Positions 9,161-18,482 of a stretch of 64,000 bases of DNA are shown one piece after another. Under the pieces are notes generated by a model. The model searched no databases. It was not told the DNA's origin and was given only the letters and a program-made list of their open reading frames with translations. Position numbers and translations under genes: made by a program. The stretch spans positions 26,420 to 90,419 of IMG/VR virus record IMGVR_UViG_3300042291_000957; one strand, written 5' to 3'. This stretch comes from a virus. The first letter of the stretch is position 1. Each line of letters opens with the position of its first letter.

Positions 9161-10228
9161 TTAGTTTGACAGTAGTATGTTAACAACTACGTCTGATACA
9201 TTATTTTGATCGTACTCTGCAGGTACTTTCCAGTTTCGGTCAGCTGACTTCATTCTGTTAAAGCAGGCAACAATATTGTCTTTATCTAACCCACTAATTA
9301 CATTAGAACCACACCAAACAGTTTCAGGACGCTCAGTAGTATCTCTAATTGTAACAGTTGGTATTTTAAATAAACACATTTCTTCTTGCACAGTGCCCGA
9401 ATCTGAGATTGCCATAAAACTGTTTTGTTCAAGATTTACAAAATCAAAAAATCCAAACGGTTCTAAAATAATAATGTTGTCAGTGTTTACATTAAATTTT
9501 TGTATTTTATCTCGAGTTCTAGGATGACAACTAAACACAATTTTATATTCTTTAGAAATTTCTTGTAATGCTGCAAAAATACTTTTAAGTCTATGATCAT
9601 CGTCAACATTCTCAGCTCGATGCGCGGTTACAATAATGTATTTGTTTGGTTCTAGATTTAATTTATTAAGTATCGACGATTGTGAAATTTTACTTTGATA
9701 TTTGTTGATAACTTCTTTAATAGGGTTGCCAGTAACTGCAATTCTATTGTTAGGAACACCTTCTCTTAGCAAGTTTTGTCTACTTAATTCTGTATAGGGC
9801 AAGTTGTACGTACTAATTGCATCAATAACTTTTCTATTTTTTTCTTCGGGAACTTTTAAATCGTTACATCTATTTCCAGCTTCCATATGGTACACTGGGA
9901 TGTTAAATCTTTCAGCAACAAACGCAGACAATCCTGAATTAGTATCGCCTAGTACTAAAACTCGTGTGGGGTTAAACTCGTTGATTGCCTGTTCTACACC
10001 GGTAAAAATTTTACCAAGTTGTTCACCAAATGACGCAGATTTGCTGTCAATAATTTTATTAGGGTGACGTAATTCTAATTCTTGAAAAAATATTTCATTA
10101 AGATTAGGATCATAATTTTGCCCGGTGTGTAACACATAATGCTCGCAGGCTGCGTCAAGTTTAGGGATAATACAAGACAATCTTATAATTTCAGGTCTTG
10201 TTCCTAAAATTGTTAAAATTTTAGCCAT
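9161..10228 (-). CDS. UDP-N-acetylhexosamine 2-epimerase (WecB/FnlC/QnlB family)
   Basis: GTRPEIIR, HTGQNYD, LGDTNS, HMEAGNR, PEE.NR, HRAEN, SDSGTVQEE and TERPE motifs. Confidence 0.93.
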   Translation of the reverse strand: MAKILTILGTRPEIIRLSCIIPKLDAACEHYVLHTGQNYDPNLNEIFFQELELRHPNKIIDSKSASFGEQLGKIFTGVEQAINEFNPTRVLVLGDTNSGLSAFVAERFNIPVYHMEAGNRCNDLKVPEEKNRKVIDAISTYNLPYTELSRQNLLREGVPNNRIAVTGNPIKEVINKYQSKISQSSILNKLNLEPNKYIIVTAHRAENVDDDHRLKSIFAALQEISKEYKIVFSCHPRTRDKIQKFNVNTDNIIILEPFGFFDFVNLEQNSFMAISDSGTVQEEMCLFKIPTVTIRDTTERPETVWCGSNVISGLDKDNIVACFNRMKSADRNWKVPAEYDQNNVSDVVVNILLSN

Positions 10229-10754
10229 TAGAGAATGCGCCTACAAAGTATTGGTTAAGGCCTTTTAAGTTTAAGTGTTCCCAGTCAGCAAAATCTTGCC
10301 TGTGCCATAGACTTTTATGTATATCAAAATTATTACCATAACACCACAGTGATGGATCATTTACATTTTTATGATTGTCATCCCATATTTCTTCTAGAGG
10401 AGTTAATAAAATAATTTTCTTTTTAGTTATTTTTTTAACGTCATTAATTAACTGTAAGCCAGCTGCTTTATCTAAATGTTCAATAAAATCGATCATTAAC
10501 ACATAGTCAAATTGTTCGTTTTTAACTACGTCTAATATATTATCTGTTTCTAGATTTGCAACGATATCAGGATTAACATCGGCCCAGGCGTCAACAGTTA
10601 AGATTCTACTGCATTTGTTAATAAATGGATTGGAGTACAACTTAGGGCCGCATCCTAGATCTAATAATGTACTACCTTGTTCAATTATACTGTGTAGGTA
10701 ATTAATGAGTTGATCATTAGAACTTGCACGTTTTCCGTTAATTATGTGTTTCAT
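10221..10754 (-). CDS. Class I SAM-dependent methyltransferase
   Basis: LLDLGCG and DFIEHL motifs. Confidence 0.82.
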   Translation of the reverse strand: MKHIINGKRASSNDQLINYLHSIIEQGSTLLDLGCGPKLYSNPFINKCSRILTVDAWADVNPDIVANLETDNILDVVKNEQFDYVLMIDFIEHLDKAAGLQLINDVKKITKKKIILLTPLEEIWDDNHKNVNDPSLWCYGNNFDIHKSLWHRQDFADWEHLNLKGLNQYFVGAFSNG

Positions 10755-11509
10755 TTTATATCTTCCTTATTGTTTGCTCTAATAGACAGATTTTTAATAT
10801 TTTCATTGTGAAAGACAGCGTTATCTTGAGTAGCTGCAGGATTCAACGGATTGTTAAATCCTTTACCGTGATATTGATGTACAACCCAGGGCTTTTCTAC
10901 AAACTGTATCTGCAGTTCTTTCTTTTTAATTCTTTGAATAAATTCGTCATCGTCATAATTAAAGCCAGCAGCGTATCTTTCATCAAATCCATTTAACTCT
11001 ATTAAATTTTTTCTAGTTATTGCTGTGGTAAAATGATAAGATGCAGGTCGATGCACACTGTGATTATACCAACGGCCTGCTGAAGTTGTTACATCCAGAT
11101 AGTTGTTCTTGTGCAAATCAGTTAGTTCCCGTTTGCCGCTAGCAAAGCAATGAAACGAAAGATATACATCATCGTTTAGATTATTTTCAGTATAAGAAAT
11201 AACATCGCCCATATGACAACATTCTGGATTTTGAATAATTATTTTATCGCCTTTACTAGCTCTAAATCCTATGTTATAAGGTATCGACGGACCAACATAC
11301 GATTTTTTTGAATTGATTGTCTGCATCTTAATAATTTTAAAATTTAAAGATGGAAATTCTTTTGGCAAGTTATCTACAGAATGTGCTGCGGCACTATAAT
11401 CGTCTACAATAACAATTTCAAAATTTTTAGATAGGCTTTTTTCAAAAGTTGTTAGAGTATACCGCAATTGCGGTAATCGATTATAGTAGGCCATTACTAT
11501 GGATATCAT
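10751..11509 (-). CDS. Glycosyltransferase family 2
   Basis: ISIVMAYYNR, EIVIVDDYS, YNIG and GFDERY...DD motifs. Confidence 0.88.
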   Translation of the reverse strand: MISIVMAYYNRLPQLRYTLTTFEKSLSKNFEIVIVDDYSAAAHSVDNLPKEFPSLNFKIIKMQTINSKKSYVGPSIPYNIGFRASKGDKIIIQNPECCHMGDVISYTENNLNDDVYLSFHCFASGKRELTDLHKNNYLDVTTSAGRWYNHSVHRPASYHFTTAITRKNLIELNGFDERYAAGFNYDDDEFIQRIKKKELQIQFVEKPWVVHQYHGKGFNNPLNPAATQDNAVFHNENIKNLSIRANNKEDIK

Positions 11510-12123
11510 GATAATTCTAATTCCGCCATTACATACTTAGGCCTTCGATTGAAAGTATTAATAATTTTTACACCTTCTTCAGCTTCGGGCGTGCCTGTTT
11601 TTTTGTACATGACTCGTAAATCCATCACAATTCGTGTTCCTGGATGGGAATGTTTTAAAATTAAATCTCGATAGGTGTTCACCGGATAATGAAATCCGCA
11701 AGATACCCATGAAGTAATCAAATCGAATTTAACATCTGCTGGAATATTGATATTATTACAATCAATTAGATGATAATTAGTAGTTCCTAATTTTTTTAAT
11801 TCTATATCTAAATTTTCTAAAGGATGATAAAATAAAAAGTCATCAACATTTGTGTGATATTTTCCAGTCACTGCTGTAAGCGATTTAGATTCATTATCGC
11901 GAGTATCGCCGTCTAACAACCATAATTCGGAGTTGTATTTCTCATTGAACAATCTAGATTCCCAAGCAAGTCCACATCCAATGTCTAAAATTTTCAATGG
12001 AGGCGTAGTTAAGTGCTTGTCTAATATTTCAAAGTTTTCAATTTTGTATTGTTGATATGCTTCTGTATCCCAAAGACCGCCATCGCCGATCCATTTTTTT
12101 GGTTCTCTTTTTTCTTCTGTCAT
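11506..12123 (-). CDS. Class I SAM-dependent methyltransferase
   Basis: ILDIGCG and FDLITSWVSCGFHYP motifs. Confidence 0.82.
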   Translation of the reverse strand: MTEEKREPKKWIGDGGLWDTEAYQQYKIENFEILDKHLTTPPLKILDIGCGLAWESRLFNEKYNSELWLLDGDTRDNESKSLTAVTGKYHTNVDDFLFYHPLENLDIELKKLGTTNYHLIDCNNINIPADVKFDLITSWVSCGFHYPVNTYRDLILKHSHPGTRIVMDLRVMYKKTGTPEAEEGVKIINTFNRRPKYVMAELELS

Positions 12124-12464
12124 TTAGAATATCCCACGGTTTCTCTTGCAATATCATCGTGGTCAAATTCAGCCCAATATAATTCAAAGGCAACACAATC
12201 AGTAACTGCTTCAAACTGATGATATTCGCCCGGAGCAACTTTGGTATACTGTCCAGGTTTTAATAGTGTTTCGTCAACTAGATCATAATTATTCTTCCAT
12301 ACACGAATAATCATTTCTCCTTGTTCAACAAAAAATCCATTCCATTTAAATTTGTGTTTGTGTTTTGAACATACGCCGCCTGCACGAGCTTCGATGCGAT
12401 GAAATTCTAATACACCGTTTGCTTCAAGGAGTTCTGTTTGACCCCATACTTTTCCTTGTTTCAT
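12120..12464 (-). CDS. Cupin-domain protein (sugar isomerase-like)
   Basis: KVWG, CSKHKH and PGEYHQF cupin motifs; AAGGA RBS. Confidence 0.8.
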   Translation of the reverse strand: MKQGKVWGQTELLEANGVLEFHRIEARAGGVCSKHKHKFKWNGFFVEQGEMIIRVWKNNYDLVDETLLKPGQYTKVAPGEYHQFEAVTDCVAFELYWAEFDHDDIARETVGYSK

Positions 12465-12487
12465 ATAATATCCTTATTTTTTACTTA

Positions 12488-12994
12488 TCACAAAACTTTG
12501 TCCAGTTGCAGTATTTCACTTTGTCTGCTGACTTCTTTGACAAAATAAGCACACGGCGGGTTAGGATCATCGTGTAAAGGAACAGTTAATAACTGTCCGT
12601 TTTTCATTTTGGGAAAATACCAACGCACATCTTGATAAATGTTAACGATCTCTATAGGCATGTATTCACATTTAAATCCTTTTACTGGATTAAAAATAAA
12701 TGCATCAAATCCACGTTCATTAATGCTGGTCAACGGTAATACTTCCGGATCCATACCGCAGTCACGATCTCCTACTATCATACACCAGTCTAGGGGCATC
12801 TGTATTTCATATCCGCCAATGTTTAACAATATTGCAGGGCTATTAAATGATTCAAGAAAAATCAACGGCATAAAGAAGAAATCAGGCTCGCTAGGATTTG
12901 AATTATCTAGTACTGAAAATCTTGTATCTTCATCTACCTCATCTGGCAATTCGTTTAGATCAAAAGATCTATTGTTTAGTGTTAGTATTTTCAT
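12488..12994 (-). CDS. Hypothetical phage protein (168 aa)
   Basis: Clean ORF downstream of UvsW; function not recognised. Confidence 0.7.
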   Translation of the reverse strand: MKILTLNNRSFDLNELPDEVDEDTRFSVLDNSNPSEPDFFFMPLIFLESFNSPAILLNIGGYEIQMPLDWCMIVGDRDCGMDPEVLPLTSINERGFDAFIFNPVKGFKCEYMPIEIVNIYQDVRWYFPKMKNGQLLTVPLHDDPNPPCAYFVKEVSRQSEILQLDKVL

Positions 12995-13047
12995 AATTTC
13001 TTATTGATCCTTTATATTTCTAATAATTTTTTAAGATATCTACAATT

Positions 13048-13695
13048 TCATCTATTAACATTGTTAGCTTGCTCCTTGGCTAATCTAATACATTCCATAT
13101 TAGGGTTTTTTCTTTTTCCATTACCCCAAGTATGACAAAACCAAGGTCCGGTGTTTTTTGCATTAAATTTAGCATTCATATATTCTATTTTTACTTTAGA
13201 ATCATCTACACAATTTCCTAGTGCGGTATTATCGTGATGCGGTAATGGAATATCAAATCTATATTTTAAGTATGGCAACATGTGATCTCTACTGGCCTTG
13301 TTTAATATGAATACACCAGCATTAAATTCACCGTTATCAGGAACACCATATCTGACCACACTCCAATGAGTACAAACTTTGAAACTATCTAATGATGGAT
13401 ACATTTCGAAAATACTAGGACTATCATGATATATTAAAACATCGGAATCTAAATATAAAATTTGATCATATTCATCAGTCCACTTTGATTCTTCAAATAA
13501 TCTAAATCTTTCGTAAGTAGGATGTATATAATTTATATATGGATCTGTCAATAATATATAATCGGCATCTATTCTTTTAGCATACTGTCTAGCCAATGTA
13601 AATGATATTTCGCTTAAAGTATCAAAACTTGGTAGAAGATTTGGATTCCCGTATTTTTTAGTGTCAATATATATTTGGACAATTAAATTTTTCAT
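13048..13695 (-). CDS. GT-A glycosyltransferase (GT8-like)
   Basis: LYLDSDV (DxD), FNAGVF and C-terminal H motifs. Confidence 0.75.
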   Translation of the reverse strand: MKNLIVQIYIDTKKYGNPNLLPSFDTLSEISFTLARQYAKRIDADYILLTDPYINYIHPTYERFRLFEESKWTDEYDQILYLDSDVLIYHDSPSIFEMYPSLDSFKVCTHWSVVRYGVPDNGEFNAGVFILNKASRDHMLPYLKYRFDIPLPHHDNTALGNCVDDSKVKIEYMNAKFNAKNTGPWFCHTWGNGKRKNPNMECIRLAKEQANNVNR

Positions 13696-15146
13696 ATATT
13701 GACCTTTGTTATCACGAAGGGGTACTTCGCTTCTTTATAAAATTTCTTACGTTCCGTAAGATGTCTTTTAGCGTATTTGCAGGCGCTGGTGATATCCCAG
13801 ATTTCCACGTGGTCTTTGTCTTCGGCTCTCCGAATACCCCGTCCAATGCTTTGTATAACTCGAACAAAGCTCTTTCCGGGCTCAATAAGAACCAAATTAA
13901 AAATACGGGGGATATTAATACCCACAGCGGCCACACCGTAAGTCGCCACAATAATCTTATCAGCACTAGTTTTAATTTCATCATATTCTTCTTTTCTGTC
14001 AGTTAATTTAACTGCTCCGCTAATGAACACACTGTCTGGCAACATTGCAGTTAGTTTGTCGCCTGTGTCAATTCTATTCACTAGTACAAGAGTGTTGCCG
14101 GTCTGAGAAATTTCTTTGATTTTATTCCCCATCCAACTGATACGATGATCGTCAGTGACTAGAAAGCTATATTCTTCTTGATAATTACGGAAAACCTGCA
14201 CGTCATTGGTTTGTAGAATATTGATCTGTAAATTAGCCAACACGCCTTTTTCTTGTAGATCGTGTGCAGATACTTGATTGATTACTGGACCTATACTGGC
14301 AAGAATTCCTTGAAATTCCCATGCTTCTTTAGGCACAGTACCTGTAAGTCCCCAACGTATGGCGCAGTTGCTAAAATTCTGTGTAAGAAGTTTTGTTAAC
14401 ACGTCTGCTTTGGCCTGATGTACTTCGTCTATGATAATAGCTGCTACACCCTCGATAAACTCTGCCAAGCTAAGTGTAGCATCGTCATAACTTTTCTTAT
14501 CAAGTACGTTGAGACTTTGCCACGTACAGATAGTATGAGTACGACCTAGTTCTTTCCTATCACCAAAGTACACGCCAACGTCTAGTCCAAGATTTCGATA
14601 ATCTTCTTCAGTCTGTACTACTAGACTTTTGTTAGGTACGATAACCATGGTGCGACCATAGGGCTCGCACAAGTGGCTGAGCGTGGCAGTGGTAATGGTC
14701 TTGCCAGCACCTGTAGCCACTTCTTGCAAGGCCTGTGTATTTTCTAAAAATTTGTTGACAACATCAAATTGATAATCACGCAGTACAATGGGCGTGCCAG
14801 CTTCAGGATGTCCCTTGGGCCAAGTCTTGCCTTGATCGGCCCAGTAATTTTCTGTGATAGGTTCAAATTCTATTCGACTGTGTTGTCTTAGATCTTCTAT
14901 GTCAATTTCATATCCTGCATCTTCAATTATAGGCAGTATTACATCTAGATGTGCAAGATATCCCGTCCCGCCAATACCAAAATAAGTTTTAGTTCCATCC
15001 CATCTGCCCAGCTTGTAAGAAGGCATATGACGTGCGTAAGGCAAATCAAACTTTAATTTGTTGGCGATCTTTCGACGTGTTTCTACTGCAAGTCCTTCGA
15101 ACTTGATATTTACTTCGTCTTTAATTATAAGTCTACAAGATGTCAA
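13692..15146 (-). CDS. uvsW: SF2 DNA helicase, UvsW-like
   Basis: WDG, LRDYQ, ATGAGKT (Walker A), DEVH, GLTGT and QSIGRGIR motifs. Confidence 0.9.
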   Translation of the reverse strand: MTSCRLIIKDEVNIKFEGLAVETRRKIANKLKFDLPYARHMPSYKLGRWDGTKTYFGIGGTGYLAHLDVILPIIEDAGYEIDIEDLRQHSRIEFEPITENYWADQGKTWPKGHPEAGTPIVLRDYQFDVVNKFLENTQALQEVATGAGKTITTATLSHLCEPYGRTMVIVPNKSLVVQTEEDYRNLGLDVGVYFGDRKELGRTHTICTWQSLNVLDKKSYDDATLSLAEFIEGVAAIIIDEVHQAKADVLTKLLTQNFSNCAIRWGLTGTVPKEAWEFQGILASIGPVINQVSAHDLQEKGVLANLQINILQTNDVQVFRNYQEEYSFLVTDDHRISWMGNKIKEISQTGNTLVLVNRIDTGDKLTAMLPDSVFISGAVKLTDRKEEYDEIKTSADKIIVATYGVAAVGINIPRIFNLVLIEPGKSFVRVIQSIGRGIRRAEDKDHVEIWDITSACKYAKRHLTERKKFYKEAKYPFVITKVNI

Positions 15147-16329
15147 ATGATGTTGCCCCTTTGGGTAGAGTTGGTTTTATTTCACCTAGATAAATTACAC
15201 ATGGATGACTAGTCATCCAGTCGTTTACATAGGTATTGGGATTGATATATAAGTTATTTGTAACAACAATTTTAACATCAATGTTATTTTTAAACAACCA
15301 CTTAGCCGGTTTATGTTCAAATATAAAAATTTTTCCGTCTTCAACAGGTCTCCCAAGATCATTGTCTTTGATCCATTGATTAAGCCCAGTGTTAGATTCT
15401 TTACTTTCTCTAAAACAAATTCTAATATCAGACCTTGAAATTTGACATTTTTCAGAATCTTTTATAAATGTTTCTAACCATTGTTCTTTGTTGGATGCAC
15501 GATCTAACACTATAGAAATTTTACCATCTATTTTTTTATATACATCAAACAATTTTTCGTTGCTATCAATCCAAAAAATATTGTTGTTACTTGATGCAAT
15601 TTTTTCCACAATTTCTTGTGATTTTGAAACAAGTTTTAAAGGAAACTGCATGGCTTTTGCTAACAACATATCGTGGTATATATCACCAGTTGAATTTTTT
15701 TCAAAGTATGCATCTGCATATTCATTGCTGTTTATCAAGACCAATTGATTTTCAAAAATTGTACTGTGAGGCACGAAATCTTCCTGATTGGCCCATATTT
15801 CTTCCACCAATTCTACTGCCTCTAAAAAAGAATCATCTATTTCAAAATTATGTTTTTGTAAAAATTCATACAGAGCCACAACATTGATTTCTGAAAATTT
15901 TACTTCTCTCAGTTTCTTTTCTTGATTCCACTTCGAATGCCTAAAATGGTCTTTTTCAGTTGAAAATTCTCGGTCAAATGTTTCTTTCATACTAAACGGG
16001 AATTTTAAAAATATCAAAAGTTCTCCAGTCTCATCTTTTTCTACAAATATTTTTTTGGTGAGATCTAGTATTCTAAATTCATTTTTCCATACTGGATTTT
16101 CAATTTGATCAGAATAGTCAAAATTATATTTTTGTGCTATGACCTTGTGTTTTTTTAGTATTTTTACAATCAGTCCAGCCTGACTCTGAGTCAACAGTGA
16201 TCCATTTGATATCAACGAATAAAAATTATAAGTGGCACTTTGATCTTGACCAGTCAAGGCAAAACCGTGACGTACCATAAGATTATAAAATTCTAAAAAG
16301 ATGTCTTCAGTGTATTGATACGGTACCAT
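15133..16329 (-). CDS. Hypothetical protein upstream of UvsW (398 aa)
   Basis: ATG 16329 lies directly after a sigma70 promoter; the track start 16449 overlaps the upstream gene. Confidence 0.7.
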   Translation of the reverse strand: MVPYQYTEDIFLEFYNLMVRHGFALTGQDQSATYNFYSLISNGSLLTQSQAGLIVKILKKHKVIAQKYNFDYSDQIENPVWKNEFRILDLTKKIFVEKDETGELLIFLKFPFSMKETFDREFSTEKDHFRHSKWNQEKKLREVKFSEINVVALYEFLQKHNFEIDDSFLEAVELVEEIWANQEDFVPHSTIFENQLVLINSNEYADAYFEKNSTGDIYHDMLLAKAMQFPLKLVSKSQEIVEKIASSNNNIFWIDSNEKLFDVYKKIDGKISIVLDRASNKEQWLETFIKDSEKCQISRSDIRICFRESKESNTGLNQWIKDNDLGRPVEDGKIFIFEHKPAKWLFKNNIDVKIVVTNNLYINPNTYVNDWMTSHPCVIYLGEIKPTLPKGATSFDIL

Positions 16330-16335
16330 TGTTAT

Positions 16336-16364
16336 ATTATAACACCGATAATTTTTAAAATCAA
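16336..16364 (-). promoter_or_regulatory. Sigma70-type promoter TTGATT-N17-TATAAT with extended -10 (TGn)
   Basis: Minus strand reads TTGATTttaaaaattatcggTGtTATAATataacaATG. Confidence 0.75.
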
Positions 16365-17215
16365 CTATGTGTTTGTAATAGATGCTCGATGTGTTTCTGT
16401 AGTCTAAGAATTGGCATTCCCTGACCAATCTCTTCCACAGTCCACTCACTATGACAGAGTTTTAAAAACCATTCATCTCGATCCAGCAGTTGAGGATTCT
16501 CCAAATTTTCCCATTTTTCACTAACCGGATGTGCCAAACTTGATGTATCGCATATTACAGGAATTCCATTTATAGCTGCCTGCACGGCCGGTCCGCTATT
16601 ATGATTTATTACACAATGGTAATTGTAATTAATGTCAAAATCGTCATAACTGTTTTGTATTTTTCTTGGCGTCTCAACCACAGCGTCTACAAATTTCTCA
16701 CGAATTTGTGATCTTGGGTGGGGCCTAACCACGATTTTTCTATCACTGTATTTCTTTATTTCGAGAATGGTTTGCTTGACCCATTGTTCCATTGATGGTT
16801 GATCGCACCATTGCAAACTAGCACTATGTTGGCAGGCAATTAGAATTTCTTGCCTTCGATGATGATTTACAGGTTGTAGTGAAACCCCTAAAATTTGTGG
16901 TCTTGCTAGATCTAAATCTTGTTGATTGCCAAATATACCAAAATTGTTGATATGGTTTAGTCCTATTCGCCAGGTCATTCCTCTTTTTAAATTTCCCACC
17001 TCGATGATTATAATAGGTCTGTGATTTTTAATAGAATTTTCATAGATCAACTTATTTGGCCGCATTCTCCCTTGCCATAGCACAGACCAAATCACACCTA
17101 CATCTTCATCCCTATCTACTACTGAATGTCCTAGTTTTTTTAAGCCTGCAGAAAAGGCTGCAAATACAGGAGTGCTGTTTAGTGCTCCATTTTCTTGATA
17201 AATTCTAAAACGCAT
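16361..17215 (-). CDS. Capsule-synthesis (KpsS/KpsC-like) GT-B protein, paralogue 1
   Basis: ILIACQ, VVRPHP, INHNSGPAVQAAINGIPV and WFLKL..SEW..EEI.QG motifs. Confidence 0.65.
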   Translation of the reverse strand: MRFRIYQENGALNSTPVFAAFSAGLKKLGHSVVDRDEDVGVIWSVLWQGRMRPNKLIYENSIKNHRPIIIIEVGNLKRGMTWRIGLNHINNFGIFGNQQDLDLARPQILGVSLQPVNHHRRQEILIACQHSASLQWCDQPSMEQWVKQTILEIKKYSDRKIVVRPHPRSQIREKFVDAVVETPRKIQNSYDDFDINYNYHCVINHNSGPAVQAAINGIPVICDTSSLAHPVSEKWENLENPQLLDRDEWFLKLCHSEWTVEEIGQGMPILRLQKHIEHLLQTHS

Positions 17216-17244
17216 TTTCTTTGAAATAAATATATGAGTATTTA

Positions 17245-17652
17245 ATGAAACGTATGAACAAATTTATTAAAAGAATTAGTAAATCAAAAAAAAATATTAG
17301 AAATATTCTAGTAGTAGGCACCGGATGGGAGAAACTACCAAATCTTTGTAATGGATTTGCCAGTGTGTTTGTAATTTCTACCGGAACGCAAGACTTTCGA
17401 AGAAAAAATCTCATATATAAAGAAAGTTTCGATCAAATAGAAACATTGCCAGACATAGACGCTATTGTGATGGATAGAGATCAAGACATACATGTGTCTA
17501 AATTGCTCCCGTTACTTCAAAGGTATCAATCAGTTATACTAGTTCAAGGTGTTGAGTTGTTTGCCAAGACAGAATACAAGTTTTTGAAAACATACGGATA
17601 TGCTGTCACAGAAATGTTCGGAGATTCTCATATATGGAAAAAAATAAATTGA
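17245..17652 (+). CDS. Hypothetical protein, possibly a degenerate Rossmann/methyltransferase fold
   Basis: NILVVGTG motif; TAAATA upstream; coupled to the next ORF. Confidence 0.55.
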   Translation: MKRMNKFIKRISKSKKNIRNILVVGTGWEKLPNLCNGFASVFVISTGTQDFRRKNLIYKESFDQIETLPDIDAIVMDRDQDIHVSKLLPLLQRYQSVILVQGVELFAKTEYKFLKTYGYAVTEMFGDSHIWKKIN

Positions 17653-18482
17653 AAATTGCAGTCGTAACTACCTTTCACGGAGAAGGTCTAGAAAAGTATG
17701 CACAACGTATGATCAATACTTTTTGCACTAACTGGCCTGCTGAAGTTGTTCTTCATCTCTATCCGGAAAACTGTAATCCTGCAATCAGTGATCACAGTCA
17801 CGTTACGCTGAAAAGGTTAGAAGAAGTTGAAGAATTGATGGCTTTCAAAAACACATGGCAAGGTGTACCTAAAGCCAACGGCGACGTCAGCGCCGACCCG
17901 GTGAGATCACTAAGAAAGGATGCCGGCAAAGGATTCAAATGGCACGCAGTAAGATTTGCACACAAAGTCTATGCTATTTTTGACTGTGCAAGGACTACCG
18001 ATGCAGATATCTTGGTATGGATGGACGCAGACACTATTTGCCATAGTCCTATATCCATGCAAAACTTGTACAGAATGATTCCTGCAGATTCAGAACTGTG
18101 TTATCTTGGAAGAAAAGGCAAATATTCAGAGTGTGGATTATATTCTATGAACCTACGCAGTCCTAATGTACAGGCATTCTTGAAAGAATTTCAAAGATTC
18201 TATGATCAAGCAGAACAGGGAATTTTTCAGTTAGCCGAATGGCATGACAGTTTTGTTTTTGATGCTGTGCGTGTGAAATTTCCACAAATGAGGCAGTTAG
18301 ATTGGGCTGCTCATCTACATGATATTCGTCCTAGATTAGGAAGTTCACAAGGTGAAGGCCATCCGTTAATCAACAGCGAATGGGGTGCCTGGTTAGATCA
18401 TCTTAAGGGAGGCCGAAAGAAATTAGGTCGTAGTAAGTTAGAAGATCTAAAGGTTAAAAGAACGGAAGCCTACTGGAGCTAG
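17634..18482 (+). CDS. GT-A glycosyltransferase
   Basis: RFAHKVYA, LVWMDAD (DxD), SECG, WHDS and DHLKG motifs. Confidence 0.75.
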   Translation: MEKNKLKIAVVTTFHGEGLEKYAQRMINTFCTNWPAEVVLHLYPENCNPAISDHSHVTLKRLEEVEELMAFKNTWQGVPKANGDVSADPVRSLRKDAGKGFKWHAVRFAHKVYAIFDCARTTDADILVWMDADTICHSPISMQNLYRMIPADSELCYLGRKGKYSECGLYSMNLRSPNVQAFLKEFQRFYDQAEQGIFQLAEWHDSFVFDAVRVKFPQMRQLDWAAHLHDIRPRLGSSQGEGHPLINSEWGAWLDHLKGGRKKLGRSKLEDLKVKRTEAYWS

